A stretch of DNA of 60,031 nucleotides, taken from an uncultured Erysipelotrichaceae bacterium. GTDB lineage: Bacteria > Bacillota_I > Bacilli_A > RF39 > UBA660. The translations under genes and the position numbers were made by a program. Shown piece after piece: positions 25,974-34,165 of the stretch; the first letter of the stretch is position 1, and the number at the start of each line of letters is the position of its first letter. The DNA is taken from positions 1 to 60,031 of the forward strand of contig CACZST010000025.1 in NCBI GenBank assembly GCA_902783895.1. The letters are read 5' to 3'. The notes under the pieces were generated by a model. That model worked only from the letters and a program-made list of their open reading frames with translations. It searched no databases and was not told where the DNA came from.

Positions 25974-27050
25974 ATGAGACAAAAAATTTTATATATTATA
26001 ATTACTATTTTATGTGTTATTCTTTTGGTATGTGGTGTTTTATATATTAAAGGTAATAATAAAAATGGTGAATCAATAGTTAAAGAAGATATAACAATAA
26101 CTGAAAGTGATTCTATAAATGCACCTATTAAAAAAGTATATGATTCTGTTGTAGTTGTTAATAATTATAAACGCGGACAACTTTCAGGCTATGGTTCTGG
26201 GTTTGTTTATAAGAAAGATGATAATTCTGGTTATATTATAACTAACAATCATGTTGTTGAAGGTGCTGACTCAGTTAAAGTTGTTTTAATTAATGGTACA
26301 GAGGTTGATGCTAAAGTGCTTGGAACAGATGCTTATTCAGATATTGCTGTTGTAAGTATTGATGCTAAGGATGTACTTAAAGTTGCAGAAATTGGTGATA
26401 GTTCAAAATCTAAGTTAGGTGATACAATCTTTACAGTTGGTACTCCTGTAAGTCAAGAATATCTGGGTACTGTTACTAAGGGGATTATTTCTGGTCAAAA
26501 TAGAGAGGTTACACTTCAAAATAATGGTTCAGAATATGTTATGGACGCTATTCAAGTAGATGCTTCTATTAATCCTGGAAATAGTGGTGGACCACTTGTT
26601 AATCTTAATGGGGAAGTAATTGGTGTTAATTCTGTTAAATTAGTTGAATCTTCAGTTGAGGGAATGGGATTTGCGATTCCTATTGAAGTTGCTATGTCAG
26701 AAGTTGATAAACTTGCTAAAGGTGAACAACTTGAACGACCAGTAATTGGTGTTTCTCTTTATGATGTTAATAATTTATCTGCATTATATCAAAGTGGTAT
26801 AAAACTTGATAGCAGTGTTAAAAATGGTGTTTATGTAAATGAAGTTTCTAAGAATTCAGATGCTGAAAAAGCTGGTTTGAAAGCTGGAGATGTTATTACA
26901 AAAATAGACGGTCAAGATGTTAGGGGTTCAGCTCATTTAAAATATATTTTATATAAACATAATATTGGTGATACTGTTAAATTAACTGTAGTTCGTGATG
27001 GAAAAGAACAAACACTTAATTTAAAATTAGAACATAAACTTGGAGACTAG
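25974..27050 (+). CDS. htrA: HtrA/DegP-family serine protease with PDZ domain
   Basis: A TM anchor is present. 'TNNHVV' holds His, 'DIAV' holds Asp, and 'GNSGGPLVN' holds Ser. The C-terminal PDZ contains 'AGLKAGDVITKIDG'. ATG 25974 follows a GGAGG SD. Confidence 0.9.
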   Translation: MRQKILYIIITILCVILLVCGVLYIKGNNKNGESIVKEDITITESDSINAPIKKVYDSVVVVNNYKRGQLSGYGSGFVYKKDDNSGYIITNNHVVEGADSVKVVLINGTEVDAKVLGTDAYSDIAVVSIDAKDVLKVAEIGDSSKSKLGDTIFTVGTPVSQEYLGTVTKGIISGQNREVTLQNNGSEYVMDAIQVDASINPGNSGGPLVNLNGEVIGVNSVKLVESSVEGMGFAIPIEVAMSEVDKLAKGEQLERPVIGVSLYDVNNLSALYQSGIKLDSSVKNGVYVNEVSKNSDAEKAGLKAGDVITKIDGQDVRGSAHLKYILYKHNIGDTVKLTVVRDGKEQTLNLKLEHKLGD

Positions 27051-27065
27051 AAATAGTCTTTTTTA
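27044..27065 (+). terminator. Short intrinsic terminator after htrA
   Basis: AGACTA, a GAAA loop, TAGTCT, then T6. The stem is only 6 bp. Confidence 0.5.
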
Positions 27066-27086
27066 ATGCAAAAAAAATAAGATAAT

Positions 27087-27515
27087 TTATCTTATTTCAT
27101 TACATACTCCCGGATCTGGGACATAAAAACAATGATTTTTATATCTTCCACTGTTTCTTTGATTCCACCAATAACTTTGACATGCAGAATTTCCTTGTGG
27201 TGCATAAAACCATAAAGCATGAGTTGCTGGATGATAATATTCACCTCTTATTATTCTATCAGCGAGATTTCGCTCATTTGTGGTTGGATTACTGAAAAAT
27301 AAAGGACTATTTATACCAGAAAAACCTCCTGGATTTTGATAAATAACATCAGTTATAGTTTTGGTATCTTTGAATGTTAAACAGTTAGCAATTCCTCTAT
27401 TTATTACGACATTTCCTACCATTAGCATTCCTAGATCTCCTTCACCAACTGCTTCGGCACGCATTATTCTAGCGAGTAAATCTCTTTCTGCGCTTGAATG
27501 TTTTATTATTGACAT
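27087..27515 (-). CDS. cwlJ: CwlJ/SleB-family spore cortex-lytic hydrolase (Hydrolase_2 domain only)
   Basis: 142 aa from ATG 27515 (GGTGA SD). 'LLARIMRAEAVGEG..GMLMVGNVVINR' and 'WFYAPQG' ... 'KNHCFY' parallel B. subtilis CwlJ. Confidence 0.8.
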   Translation of the reverse strand: MSIIKHSSAERDLLARIMRAEAVGEGDLGMLMVGNVVINRGIANCLTFKDTKTITDVIYQNPGGFSGINSPLFFSNPTTNERNLADRIIRGEYYHPATHALWFYAPQGNSACQSYWWNQRNSGRYKNHCFYVPDPGVCNEIR

Positions 27516-27543
27516 AATTATCACCAATTTATTATATGATATT

Positions 27544-28722
27544 TTAATCACCATGTTTAATTTTTTTCCATTTTAAATTTTTGGTTGTTAGAGCTTTTAT
27601 TAAACACCATAGGTATGATGCTAAAAAAATGGGGTTATAAAATAATACTTTTATTTTCATTTTATTTGTCATATTTAAGTTTTTTTCTTTTTTAATCATT
27701 ATATAAGTAAAGATAAGTAGTATAATATAAATAATTAATAGTGCGATTATTAATTTTAATAGGAATATATTTATTGAACTACTATTTATAATAAATAAAA
27801 TAAGTCCAAAAATAATTAATAAATATGGTTTTATACCTATTACTTCATTTGTTTTTGAAGCAAAATTTTTATCATTTTTAGTAATACTTTGTTTAATTTT
27901 TTTTACAAATTTTTTTCTTGAATCTAGATATCCTTTTACCCATCTAGTTCTTTGAATGATTGATTTTTTTAAGTTATTTGGCTGTTCATCATAAAAGATA
28001 GCCTTTTTATTATAAAAGCAAGTTAAATCGTTTAATGTACTATATAAAGTAAGTTCATAATCTTCAGTTAATTCATGAAAAGGAAAACCTTGCCATTTTT
28101 CTAATAGATAGCCACTTATATAATATCCAGTTCCGGATATAGTTAAATTATTTGTATATTTATTTTTTCTGCTGTTAAATAATGTATTTATCATAGAAAA
28201 GGTAAGAGATGATGCCGCACTTATTAAAGTATTACTATTTTCTGTGTTTCGATATCCAATGGCAGTATCATAACCTTCATTGATTGTTTTTTCCATTTCT
28301 TTAATGAAATTTTTATCAAGAATATTATCAGCATCGAAAATAAAGTAAGCATCATAATGTGTATTTTTATTTAAAATTTCTTTTACCGCATCATTTAAGG
28401 CATAACCTTTTGCTTCTTTAGATAAATCTTTTCTAAAGACTATATTCATATTATGGTTATTTACTATTTCAACAGTTTTATCATTTTTATTTTCCACAAT
28501 AATATATACATCATGTGAATTTATTTTTCTTGTTTGTTTTTCGATTGATATTAATAATCTTTCTATAACATTTGATTCATCTCTAGCAGGTATTAAAATA
28601 CAATATTTATCCCCAATATTTTTTTTGTGTGGATAATTTTTATTTTTTGGCATTATGAAATAGTTATATATTAATAATATTACTCCACTAGTTATTAGTA
28701 TATATGAAATTATATTTATCAT
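27544..28722 (-). CDS. Membrane-embedded family-2 glycosyltransferase (processive type)
   Basis: 392 aa. Motifs are 'LIPARDES', 'FDADN' (DxD) and 'QRTRWVKG' (QxxRW). There is one N-terminal TM helix and about four C-terminal ones. Confidence 0.8.
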   Translation of the reverse strand: MINIISYILITSGVILLIYNYFIMPKNKNYPHKKNIGDKYCILIPARDESNVIERLLISIEKQTRKINSHDVYIIVENKNDKTVEIVNNHNMNIVFRKDLSKEAKGYALNDAVKEILNKNTHYDAYFIFDADNILDKNFIKEMEKTINEGYDTAIGYRNTENSNTLISAASSLTFSMINTLFNSRKNKYTNNLTISGTGYYISGYLLEKWQGFPFHELTEDYELTLYSTLNDLTCFYNKKAIFYDEQPNNLKKSIIQRTRWVKGYLDSRKKFVKKIKQSITKNDKNFASKTNEVIGIKPYLLIIFGLILFIINSSSINIFLLKLIIALLIIYIILLIFTYIMIKKEKNLNMTNKMKIKVLFYNPIFLASYLWCLIKALTTKNLKWKKIKHGD

Positions 28723-29408
28723 TTTATCACCATATTAGTATAACTTTTTTTCATTCTTGCATTATTGTAATATTTATCTAGGAACTGGCCATATTCAGTC
28801 AATGGTTTATATCCTTTATCTCTTAGTCCCATTCTGATACACGCACTGAAGGATAAGAACATATCAAGTGAAATAACAATTAATAAAATATAATATATTA
28901 TGTTTCCTAGATTATATGGAATTTTTTCAATTTCTTTTGAGAAGAATGGGTATAATTTTGTTATTAGAATATAACACATTAGTCCCCAGAATAGCATAAA
29001 AGGAATTGTTGTTCTTCCACCTATGTTTAAAAAGTGATGTGAATAATTCCATGAAGTTGTTCCAGTAAACATTTGCTGAAGATAACTTACGGAGTATTCA
29101 AATGCTCCACCGAGAAGAGCACCAAGCCAAAAATATTCAGATTTTTTTCTTGGTTTTCTAAGCATAATTATAATCATTAAACATGCGCCAAATCCATAAA
29201 TAGGGGATAGTTCAAAATATAATAATCCTCTTTTGGTTACAAAGTTAAATGTTCCATCTTTGATATAGTCAACAGACATCATTAATACTTCTTCATAGAC
29301 ACAGCCAAACCAACTAAATAAAACAAAAATAAGGAACATTTTCTTAAAACATAATCCTTTAGCAAATGTTTCTTTGTTTTTAAATAAATAATTTTTAATT
29401 TTTTTCAT
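28719..29408 (-). CDS. Polytopic membrane protein (possibly PF06541 'ABC-transporter type IV'-like)
   Basis: 229 aa with ~6 TM segments. 'FGCVYEEV' is near TM1. It overlaps the GT2 gene by 4 nt. The family call is from memory only. Confidence 0.45.
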   Translation of the reverse strand: MKKIKNYLFKNKETFAKGLCFKKMFLIFVLFSWFGCVYEEVLMMSVDYIKDGTFNFVTKRGLLYFELSPIYGFGACLMIIIMLRKPRKKSEYFWLGALLGGAFEYSVSYLQQMFTGTTSWNYSHHFLNIGGRTTIPFMLFWGLMCYILITKLYPFFSKEIEKIPYNLGNIIYYILLIVISLDMFLSFSACIRMGLRDKGYKPLTEYGQFLDKYYNNARMKKSYTNMVIK

Positions 29409-29464
29409 AATACTTCACAGTTTTATTATATATAAAATTTTAGTTAAAAGCAAATAATGGGATA

Positions 29465-29494
29465 AACAAAAAACGTGAAATTAATCACGTTTTG
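29465..29494 (-). terminator. Intrinsic terminator of methylase/P-loop operon
   Basis: On the minus strand, AAACGTGA, an TTAAT loop, then TCACGTTT, followed by a T-run. Confidence 0.7.
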
Positions 29495-29531
29495 TCTTAT
29501 ATAATGTTTTGAGACTAATTAGATTTTAAAA

Positions 29532-30035
29532 TTATTTTTTAATTAAATTATAATTATTTTCTATTAGCCAATCTTCTATATTTTGATTATTTTCTAAAAT
29601 TATTTTTGGAACATTTAACTTTTTAAATAAGACAATTTTATCTTCGTATTGTTTGAGTTTCCATTTTATGTATTTTTCGCTATTTCCTCTGGATTTATAT
29701 CTTTGAATATAATTATTTAAATCATTCTTTGATGGATAACATAAGATAAATTTTATTTCGCTACTTATATATTCTTTTATAATATCTTCTCGGTCCCAGA
29801 CTAAAATGATATCATATTTTTTTTGCGCTTCTTTTATAGCGATTATATAGTTTTGAGGCCATAATGGGTTAATTTTTCTTTTTTCACCTTTACGTTTTTC
29901 AAATGGAATATTTATAATATTAGTATCATCATATGCATATTCAGCAGAATCTAAGTCTATTACATTTTTATATTTGCTTGCTAATATTGTTTTTCCTATT
30001 CCTGAAAAACCGGCAATTACTGTACCTTTATTCAT
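29532..30035 (-). CDS. Small P-loop NTPase/kinase-like protein
   Basis: 167 aa. Walker A is 'GFSGIGKT' at residues 9-16. 'IILVWDRED' is Walker-B-like. It lies 8 nt downstream of the methyltransferase gene on the same strand. Confidence 0.55.
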   Translation of the reverse strand: MNKGTVIAGFSGIGKTILASKYKNVIDLDSAEYAYDDTNIINIPFEKRKGEKRKINPLWPQNYIIAIKEAQKKYDIILVWDREDIIKEYISSEIKFILCYPSKNDLNNYIQRYKSRGNSEKYIKWKLKQYEDKIVLFKKLNVPKIILENNQNIEDWLIENNYNLIKK

Positions 30036-30043
30036 ATATTTAT

Positions 30044-31282
30044 TTATTCTTCTTCATCTATAATACTTTCGATTTCTTTACCAATTTTTTCAATAACACC
30101 AACTACTAGAGCGTTACCCATCATAAAATATCTTTTTTTATCAGTCATTCCAGTATTAGTCCAATCATCTGGAAATCCATTTATTCTTTCACATTCTATT
30201 GGAGTTAATAATCTCGGCTTTTTAGTTTTGAAATCTTCTATAACATGAGTAGTTCTACTTATACCACTTTCACTAGTTAACATTGTTCTAGCTGGAGCAT
30301 CTAGATTATCTGGGAAAGGCATGGATCCTTCACTATAAGTATAAGGAACACCATTTGGTTTTACTCTTGGAATTCTTTTACTTCCCTTTAAGTATATAAA
30401 TTTTTCTATTTGTGCATCATTTAAGAAATATTTATTATCTACTTCAATTTTTTCTCTTATATTTCTTAATGGGAAGATTAAATTATAATCAACTTTTGTT
30501 TTAACAGAATATATACCTCCATTAATCATTACACCAGTATTGTAAAATTCGCATTTAAAATTATTACTAACTTCAACTAAATCTTTATATTCTGATAAAT
30601 CATCTTTAACTATTTTTTCATAGAAATCTTTAATAGGAAATTGTTTGGCAAAAATTCCTTTTTCAAAGCAAATATCTCTTTCATTTATTTTTTGCATTTG
30701 TTTATAATAGTTAGTTGATTTATGATAAGCAAAAATATAAGTTCTTCTTCTTTTTTGTGGAAGACCATATTCACCAGCATTAATTACTCTCCATTGAACA
30801 TCATAACCATTATCATAAAAACTTCTTAATATCATTCCGAAATCTCTACCTCTTTGTTTGGCAGGGGATAATAATAGTCTATCAACATTTTCTAATAATA
30901 CAAATGGTGGTTGTTTAATTTCTAATGTTTCTTCAATGGCCCACCATAAAACACCTTTTTTTCCTTCAATACCTTTACTATTTGAAAGTGTTTGTGCTAC
31001 TGAATAATCTTGGCAAGGAAATCCACCAACTAATAAAGTATGGTCTGGAATATCATGTTTATCAACTTCAAAGATATCCACATTACTTACATTATCAAAT
31101 CCAAATCTTTTTCCATAACAGTCATAAGCATCTTGAGTTTTAGTAGATGGTTCCCATTGATTAGCCCATAAAAATTTCCAATTACCATTTTCTACTACTT
31201 CCTCATTATCAAAACTTACTTTATTTAATCCACATCTAAATCCACCAACACCAGCGAATAATTCAACACATGTCTTTTTCAT
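30044..31282 (-). CDS. DNA (cytosine-5)-methyltransferase
   Basis: 412 aa. Motifs present are motif I 'ELFAGVGGF', motif IV 'GGFPCQDYS', motif VI 'LLENV', motif VIII 'QKRRR' and motif X 'GNALVV'. Confidence 0.92.
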   Translation of the reverse strand: MKKTCVELFAGVGGFRCGLNKVSFDNEEVVENGNWKFLWANQWEPSTKTQDAYDCYGKRFGFDNVSNVDIFEVDKHDIPDHTLLVGGFPCQDYSVAQTLSNSKGIEGKKGVLWWAIEETLEIKQPPFVLLENVDRLLLSPAKQRGRDFGMILRSFYDNGYDVQWRVINAGEYGLPQKRRRTYIFAYHKSTNYYKQMQKINERDICFEKGIFAKQFPIKDFYEKIVKDDLSEYKDLVEVSNNFKCEFYNTGVMINGGIYSVKTKVDYNLIFPLRNIREKIEVDNKYFLNDAQIEKFIYLKGSKRIPRVKPNGVPYTYSEGSMPFPDNLDAPARTMLTSESGISRTTHVIEDFKTKKPRLLTPIECERINGFPDDWTNTGMTDKKRYFMMGNALVVGVIEKIGKEIESIIDEEE

Positions 31283-31454
31283 TTTTTACCTCCTGTTTAT
31301 TGTTTAAACCTGCCTATTATATTATAATATAGTTAGTCTAAAAGATCAACCTTATAAGAAATAATTATATTAAAAATTTTTGAAAATATTAACATTCCAT
31401 AATAATATTTTATATTATTTTTTTGCTAAAAACAAGATCGAAAGGAGTTTTTTT

Positions 31455-32837
31455 ATGAAAAATGGAAGACAATATAACAGACAAGAAATAGAACTTATAT
31501 CTAAATCAGCAATAGGTAAAACATTAAATGATATTTTAAACGAAGAGGTTGTTACTATTGAGGATAAAGAAACAAATAAAGGTGGTTTAGGACAACTAAT
31601 TGAAAAGTATTTATTTGGTATGGAAAATAATAGTGATTCAGAACCTGATTTTTTTAATGCAGGTATTGAATTAAAAGTAACGCCATATAAAAATATTAAA
31701 GGAAATAAACTATCAGCAAAAGAAAGATTAGTTCTAAATATAATTGATTATATGTCTGAGTATAAAAATGAATTTAGAAGTAGTCACTTTTGGTATAAAA
31801 ATAATAAAATACAATTATTGTGGTATTTATGGGAAGAAAATAAAAATAAAAGAGACTTAATAATTACACATGAAAAATTATTTGAATTAGAAAACAATGA
31901 AGATTTAAAACAAATTGAGCAAGATTGGAACTATATTATAAATAAAATTAAAGAGGGAAAGGCTCATGAAATTTCTGAAGGAGATACAATGTATCTTGGA
32001 GCGTGTTCAAAAGGTGCTAATTCATCATCAACAAGACAACAACCATTTAATGATATTCCAGCAATGCAAAGGGCATTTTGTTTTAAAACATCATATATGA
32101 CACAACTTGTTAGAAAATATATTGGAGATTATTCAAATGTTGAAAAGATACTTAAAGAAAAAAACAAAACATTTAATGATTATGTTAATAGTGTTATAGA
32201 AAAATATAAGGGTAAAACTCGAGATGAATTGATGAAGGAATTTGGATTAGAGTCAAATGCTAAAAATATAAATAATATGTTAATAAGTCGTATGTTTAAT
32301 GTTAAAAGTAAACTATCTGAAACAGATGAATTTCAAAAAGCAAAAATTATACCTAAGACAATAAGAATTGAAGAAAACGGAAGAATTAAAGAATCTATAT
32401 CATTTCCTTATTTTAAATATACAGATATTGTTAATCAATCATGGGAAACTTGTGATTTAAAAGAAGAATTAGAAACTACAAAATATATGTTCTTTGTGTT
32501 TAAAAAAGAAAATAACGAATATGTATTTAAAGGAATCAAATTATGGAATATGCCAGAAATAGATATTGAAACATCAGTAATGGAAATGTGGAAGAAAACT
32601 TATAATACAATTAAAACTGGGAATATTGTTAAATCAATACAAAATGGTATTAGAAAAACCAATTTCGTTGGTATGAAGGAAAATGAAGTATGTCATGTTA
32701 GACCACATGGATTGAATGCGAATGATGTTTGTAAATTGCCGGTTCCAGATAAGTTAACAGGAGCAACAGAATATACAAAACATTGCTTTTGGATTAATAA
32801 TACTTATATAAGGAAAATATTTAATGATTATATTTAA
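31455..32837 (+). CDS. Type II restriction endonuclease, Sau3AI/MutH family (predicted GATC)
   Basis: 460 aa from ATG 31455 (AAAGGAG SD). 'NKGGLGQLIEKYLFG...SEPDFFNAGIELKVTP' matches the MutH/Sau3AI catalytic block D-x(n)-E-x-K. The length fits a two-domain Sau3AI-type enzyme. Confidence 0.8.
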   Translation: MKNGRQYNRQEIELISKSAIGKTLNDILNEEVVTIEDKETNKGGLGQLIEKYLFGMENNSDSEPDFFNAGIELKVTPYKNIKGNKLSAKERLVLNIIDYMSEYKNEFRSSHFWYKNNKIQLLWYLWEENKNKRDLIITHEKLFELENNEDLKQIEQDWNYIINKIKEGKAHEISEGDTMYLGACSKGANSSSTRQQPFNDIPAMQRAFCFKTSYMTQLVRKYIGDYSNVEKILKEKNKTFNDYVNSVIEKYKGKTRDELMKEFGLESNAKNINNMLISRMFNVKSKLSETDEFQKAKIIPKTIRIEENGRIKESISFPYFKYTDIVNQSWETCDLKEELETTKYMFFVFKKENNEYVFKGIKLWNMPEIDIETSVMEMWKKTYNTIKTGNIVKSIQNGIRKTNFVGMKENEVCHVRPHGLNANDVCKLPVPDKLTGATEYTKHCFWINNTYIRKIFNDYI

Positions 32838-32969
32838 AAAAATGGAGTGCTCTGTATGAATTTTTTATTGAATTCGTTAATTCATTAATTTTAATAATTT
32901 GATTTTCTTTGCAATTAGTTTCAACAGTTTGATTTCCATTAATGTGATTAATAGATTAATTTGTAGCAT

Positions 32970-33006
32970 AAAAAATCCATTGCTTTTCGACAAATGGATT
33001 TTTTTA
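32970..33006. terminator. Bidirectional terminator (restriction gene on + strand, tRNA-Trp on - strand)
   Basis: AAATCCATT (32973-32981) pairs with AATGGATTT (32993-33001). An A-run precedes and a T-run follows. Confidence 0.75.
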
Positions 33007-33062
33007 TAAAATATATGTTAATTTCGATACTTTTTAATATAAGCTCGAAAGTGAATGCATAA

Positions 33063-33138
33063 TGGCAGGAGTGGCAGGATTTGAACCCACGACATTCGGT
33101 TTTGGAGACCGACGTTCTACCAACTGAACTACACTCCT
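33063..33138 (-). tRNA. trnW: tRNA-Trp (anticodon CCA)
   Basis: I folded the reverse complement AGGAGTG-TA-GTTC..GAAC-G-TCGGT-CTCCAAA-ACCGA-ATGTC-GTGGG-TTCAAAT-CCTGC-CACTCCT-G-CCA by hand. It gives a 76-nt cloverleaf with an encoded CCA end. Confidence 0.93.
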
Positions 33139-33154
33139 AACAAAGAACAAGTAA

Positions 33155-33183
33155 ATTATAACATAATATTTACTTTTGTTCAA
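33155..33183 (-). promoter_or_regulatory. Promoter for tRNA-Trp
   Basis: On the minus strand, TTGAAC, a 17-nt spacer, then TATAAT. The hexamer ends 16 nt upstream of the tRNA 5' end. Confidence 0.65.
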
Positions 33184-34068
33184 TTATTTATTTTCATCTT
33201 CAATTAATTTTTTGATTTTATTAATTGATTTTAAAAGTTTTTCATTTTCATTTTCATTTAGGTTTAAGTTCTTGTGTCCGATTACTCCATTTTTATTTAT
33301 ATATGCAGGATAACTATAATATATGTTTTCTTTTTCATCAAAACATGATATTGGTATCAAAGTTGCACTTTCTCTTGTTAGGGCTTTTGTGATAAAAGCT
33401 AGTGAAGTTCCAATTCCATATGAAGTGTTTTGTTTTCTTTTAATTATATCAAATGCAGCACTAATAACTTTGCTTTCAATTAATTTTTTATCATTTTCAT
33501 CTATATTATTTTCGTTTTTACTCCATGTGATAAAACCTGTTTTACCATGCTGACCGATAAAAAATCCTTTAACATCATCTGGATTTATATTTAATTTTTG
33601 TGCGGTTATAAATTTATATCTAGCTGTATCTAATAATGTTCCAGTTCCTATTACTTTATTTGGGTCTTGATTTGTAAGTTTTTGAGTATAATATGTAATG
33701 ATGTCAACAGGATTTGTGGCTATTAAGTAAAATCCTTTAAAACTTGTTTTTTTAATATTTTTAATAATTTCTTTTAAAATTATTAAATTATTATCCAAAG
33801 ATTTATCACGGTCATTTACATGTACATCATTACCAGCGGTTATACATATTAAATCAGCGTTTTCACAATCTTTGTATGTTCCATATTTAAAATTTATAAA
33901 GCTTTCATTAATGACACTTGCATGGTTTAGGTCCATTGCTTCACCTTTTGTTTTTTCATCTCTTGGGTCAATTAATATAATTTCTTTGACATTAAATTTT
34001 TGACTTATTAAAGAATATGCATAAGCAAGTCCAACATTACCGCATCCAATTATAATGATTTTATTCAT
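33184..34068 (-). CDS. L-lactate/malate dehydrogenase family protein (divergent)
   Basis: 294 aa from ATG 34068 (AGGAGG SD). 'IIIIGCGNVG' is the Rossmann motif. 'ITAGN', 'ATNPVD', 'GTLLDTAR' and 'GQHG' (catalytic His) are present. Confidence 0.75.
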   Translation of the reverse strand: MNKIIIIGCGNVGLAYAYSLISQKFNVKEIILIDPRDEKTKGEAMDLNHASVINESFINFKYGTYKDCENADLICITAGNDVHVNDRDKSLDNNLIILKEIIKNIKKTSFKGFYLIATNPVDIITYYTQKLTNQDPNKVIGTGTLLDTARYKFITAQKLNINPDDVKGFFIGQHGKTGFITWSKNENNIDENDKKLIESKVISAAFDIIKRKQNTSYGIGTSLAFITKALTRESATLIPISCFDEKENIYYSYPAYINKNGVIGHKNLNLNENENEKLLKSINKIKKLIEDENK

Positions 34069-34165
34069 TTTTATCATCCTCCTATTATATAATAACACAT
34101 TTTTATTTGAACTTTATAAAAAATTATAAATGATGTATAATATTTATGATGAAAGGGATGGTTAA

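Noticed and set aside
27361-27576. 71-aa ORF antisense to cwlJ, and the N-terminal extension of the cwlJ ORF to 27554
   Set aside because: The extension would overlap the GT2 stop and lacks an SD, whereas ATG 27515 has GGTGA 5 nt upstream and aligns with the CwlJ N-terminus. The antisense ORF has no support.
30925-31143. 72-aa ORF antisense to the cytosine methyltransferase
   Set aside because: It lies inside a gene with all the C5-MTase motifs. I also considered it as a possible C-protein, but it has no HTH-like sequence and is on the wrong side of the control region.
31380-31454. TTG-initiated 25-codon extension of the restriction-enzyme ORF
   Set aside because: The AAAGGAG SD sits 7 nt before ATG 31455. 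The extension is an AT-rich promoter region.
29409-33062. att-like direct repeat of the tRNA-Trp 3' end flanking the R-M island; integrase
   Set aside because: I found no copy of the tRNA 3' segment (TGGCAGGAGTGGCAGG) near 29.4-29.5 kb or elsewhere in the window, and no recombinase ORF. So the block is not annotated as a bounded mobile element.
33323-33553. 76-aa ORF antisense to the LDH-like gene
   Set aside because: It is an embedded mirror frame with no SD.
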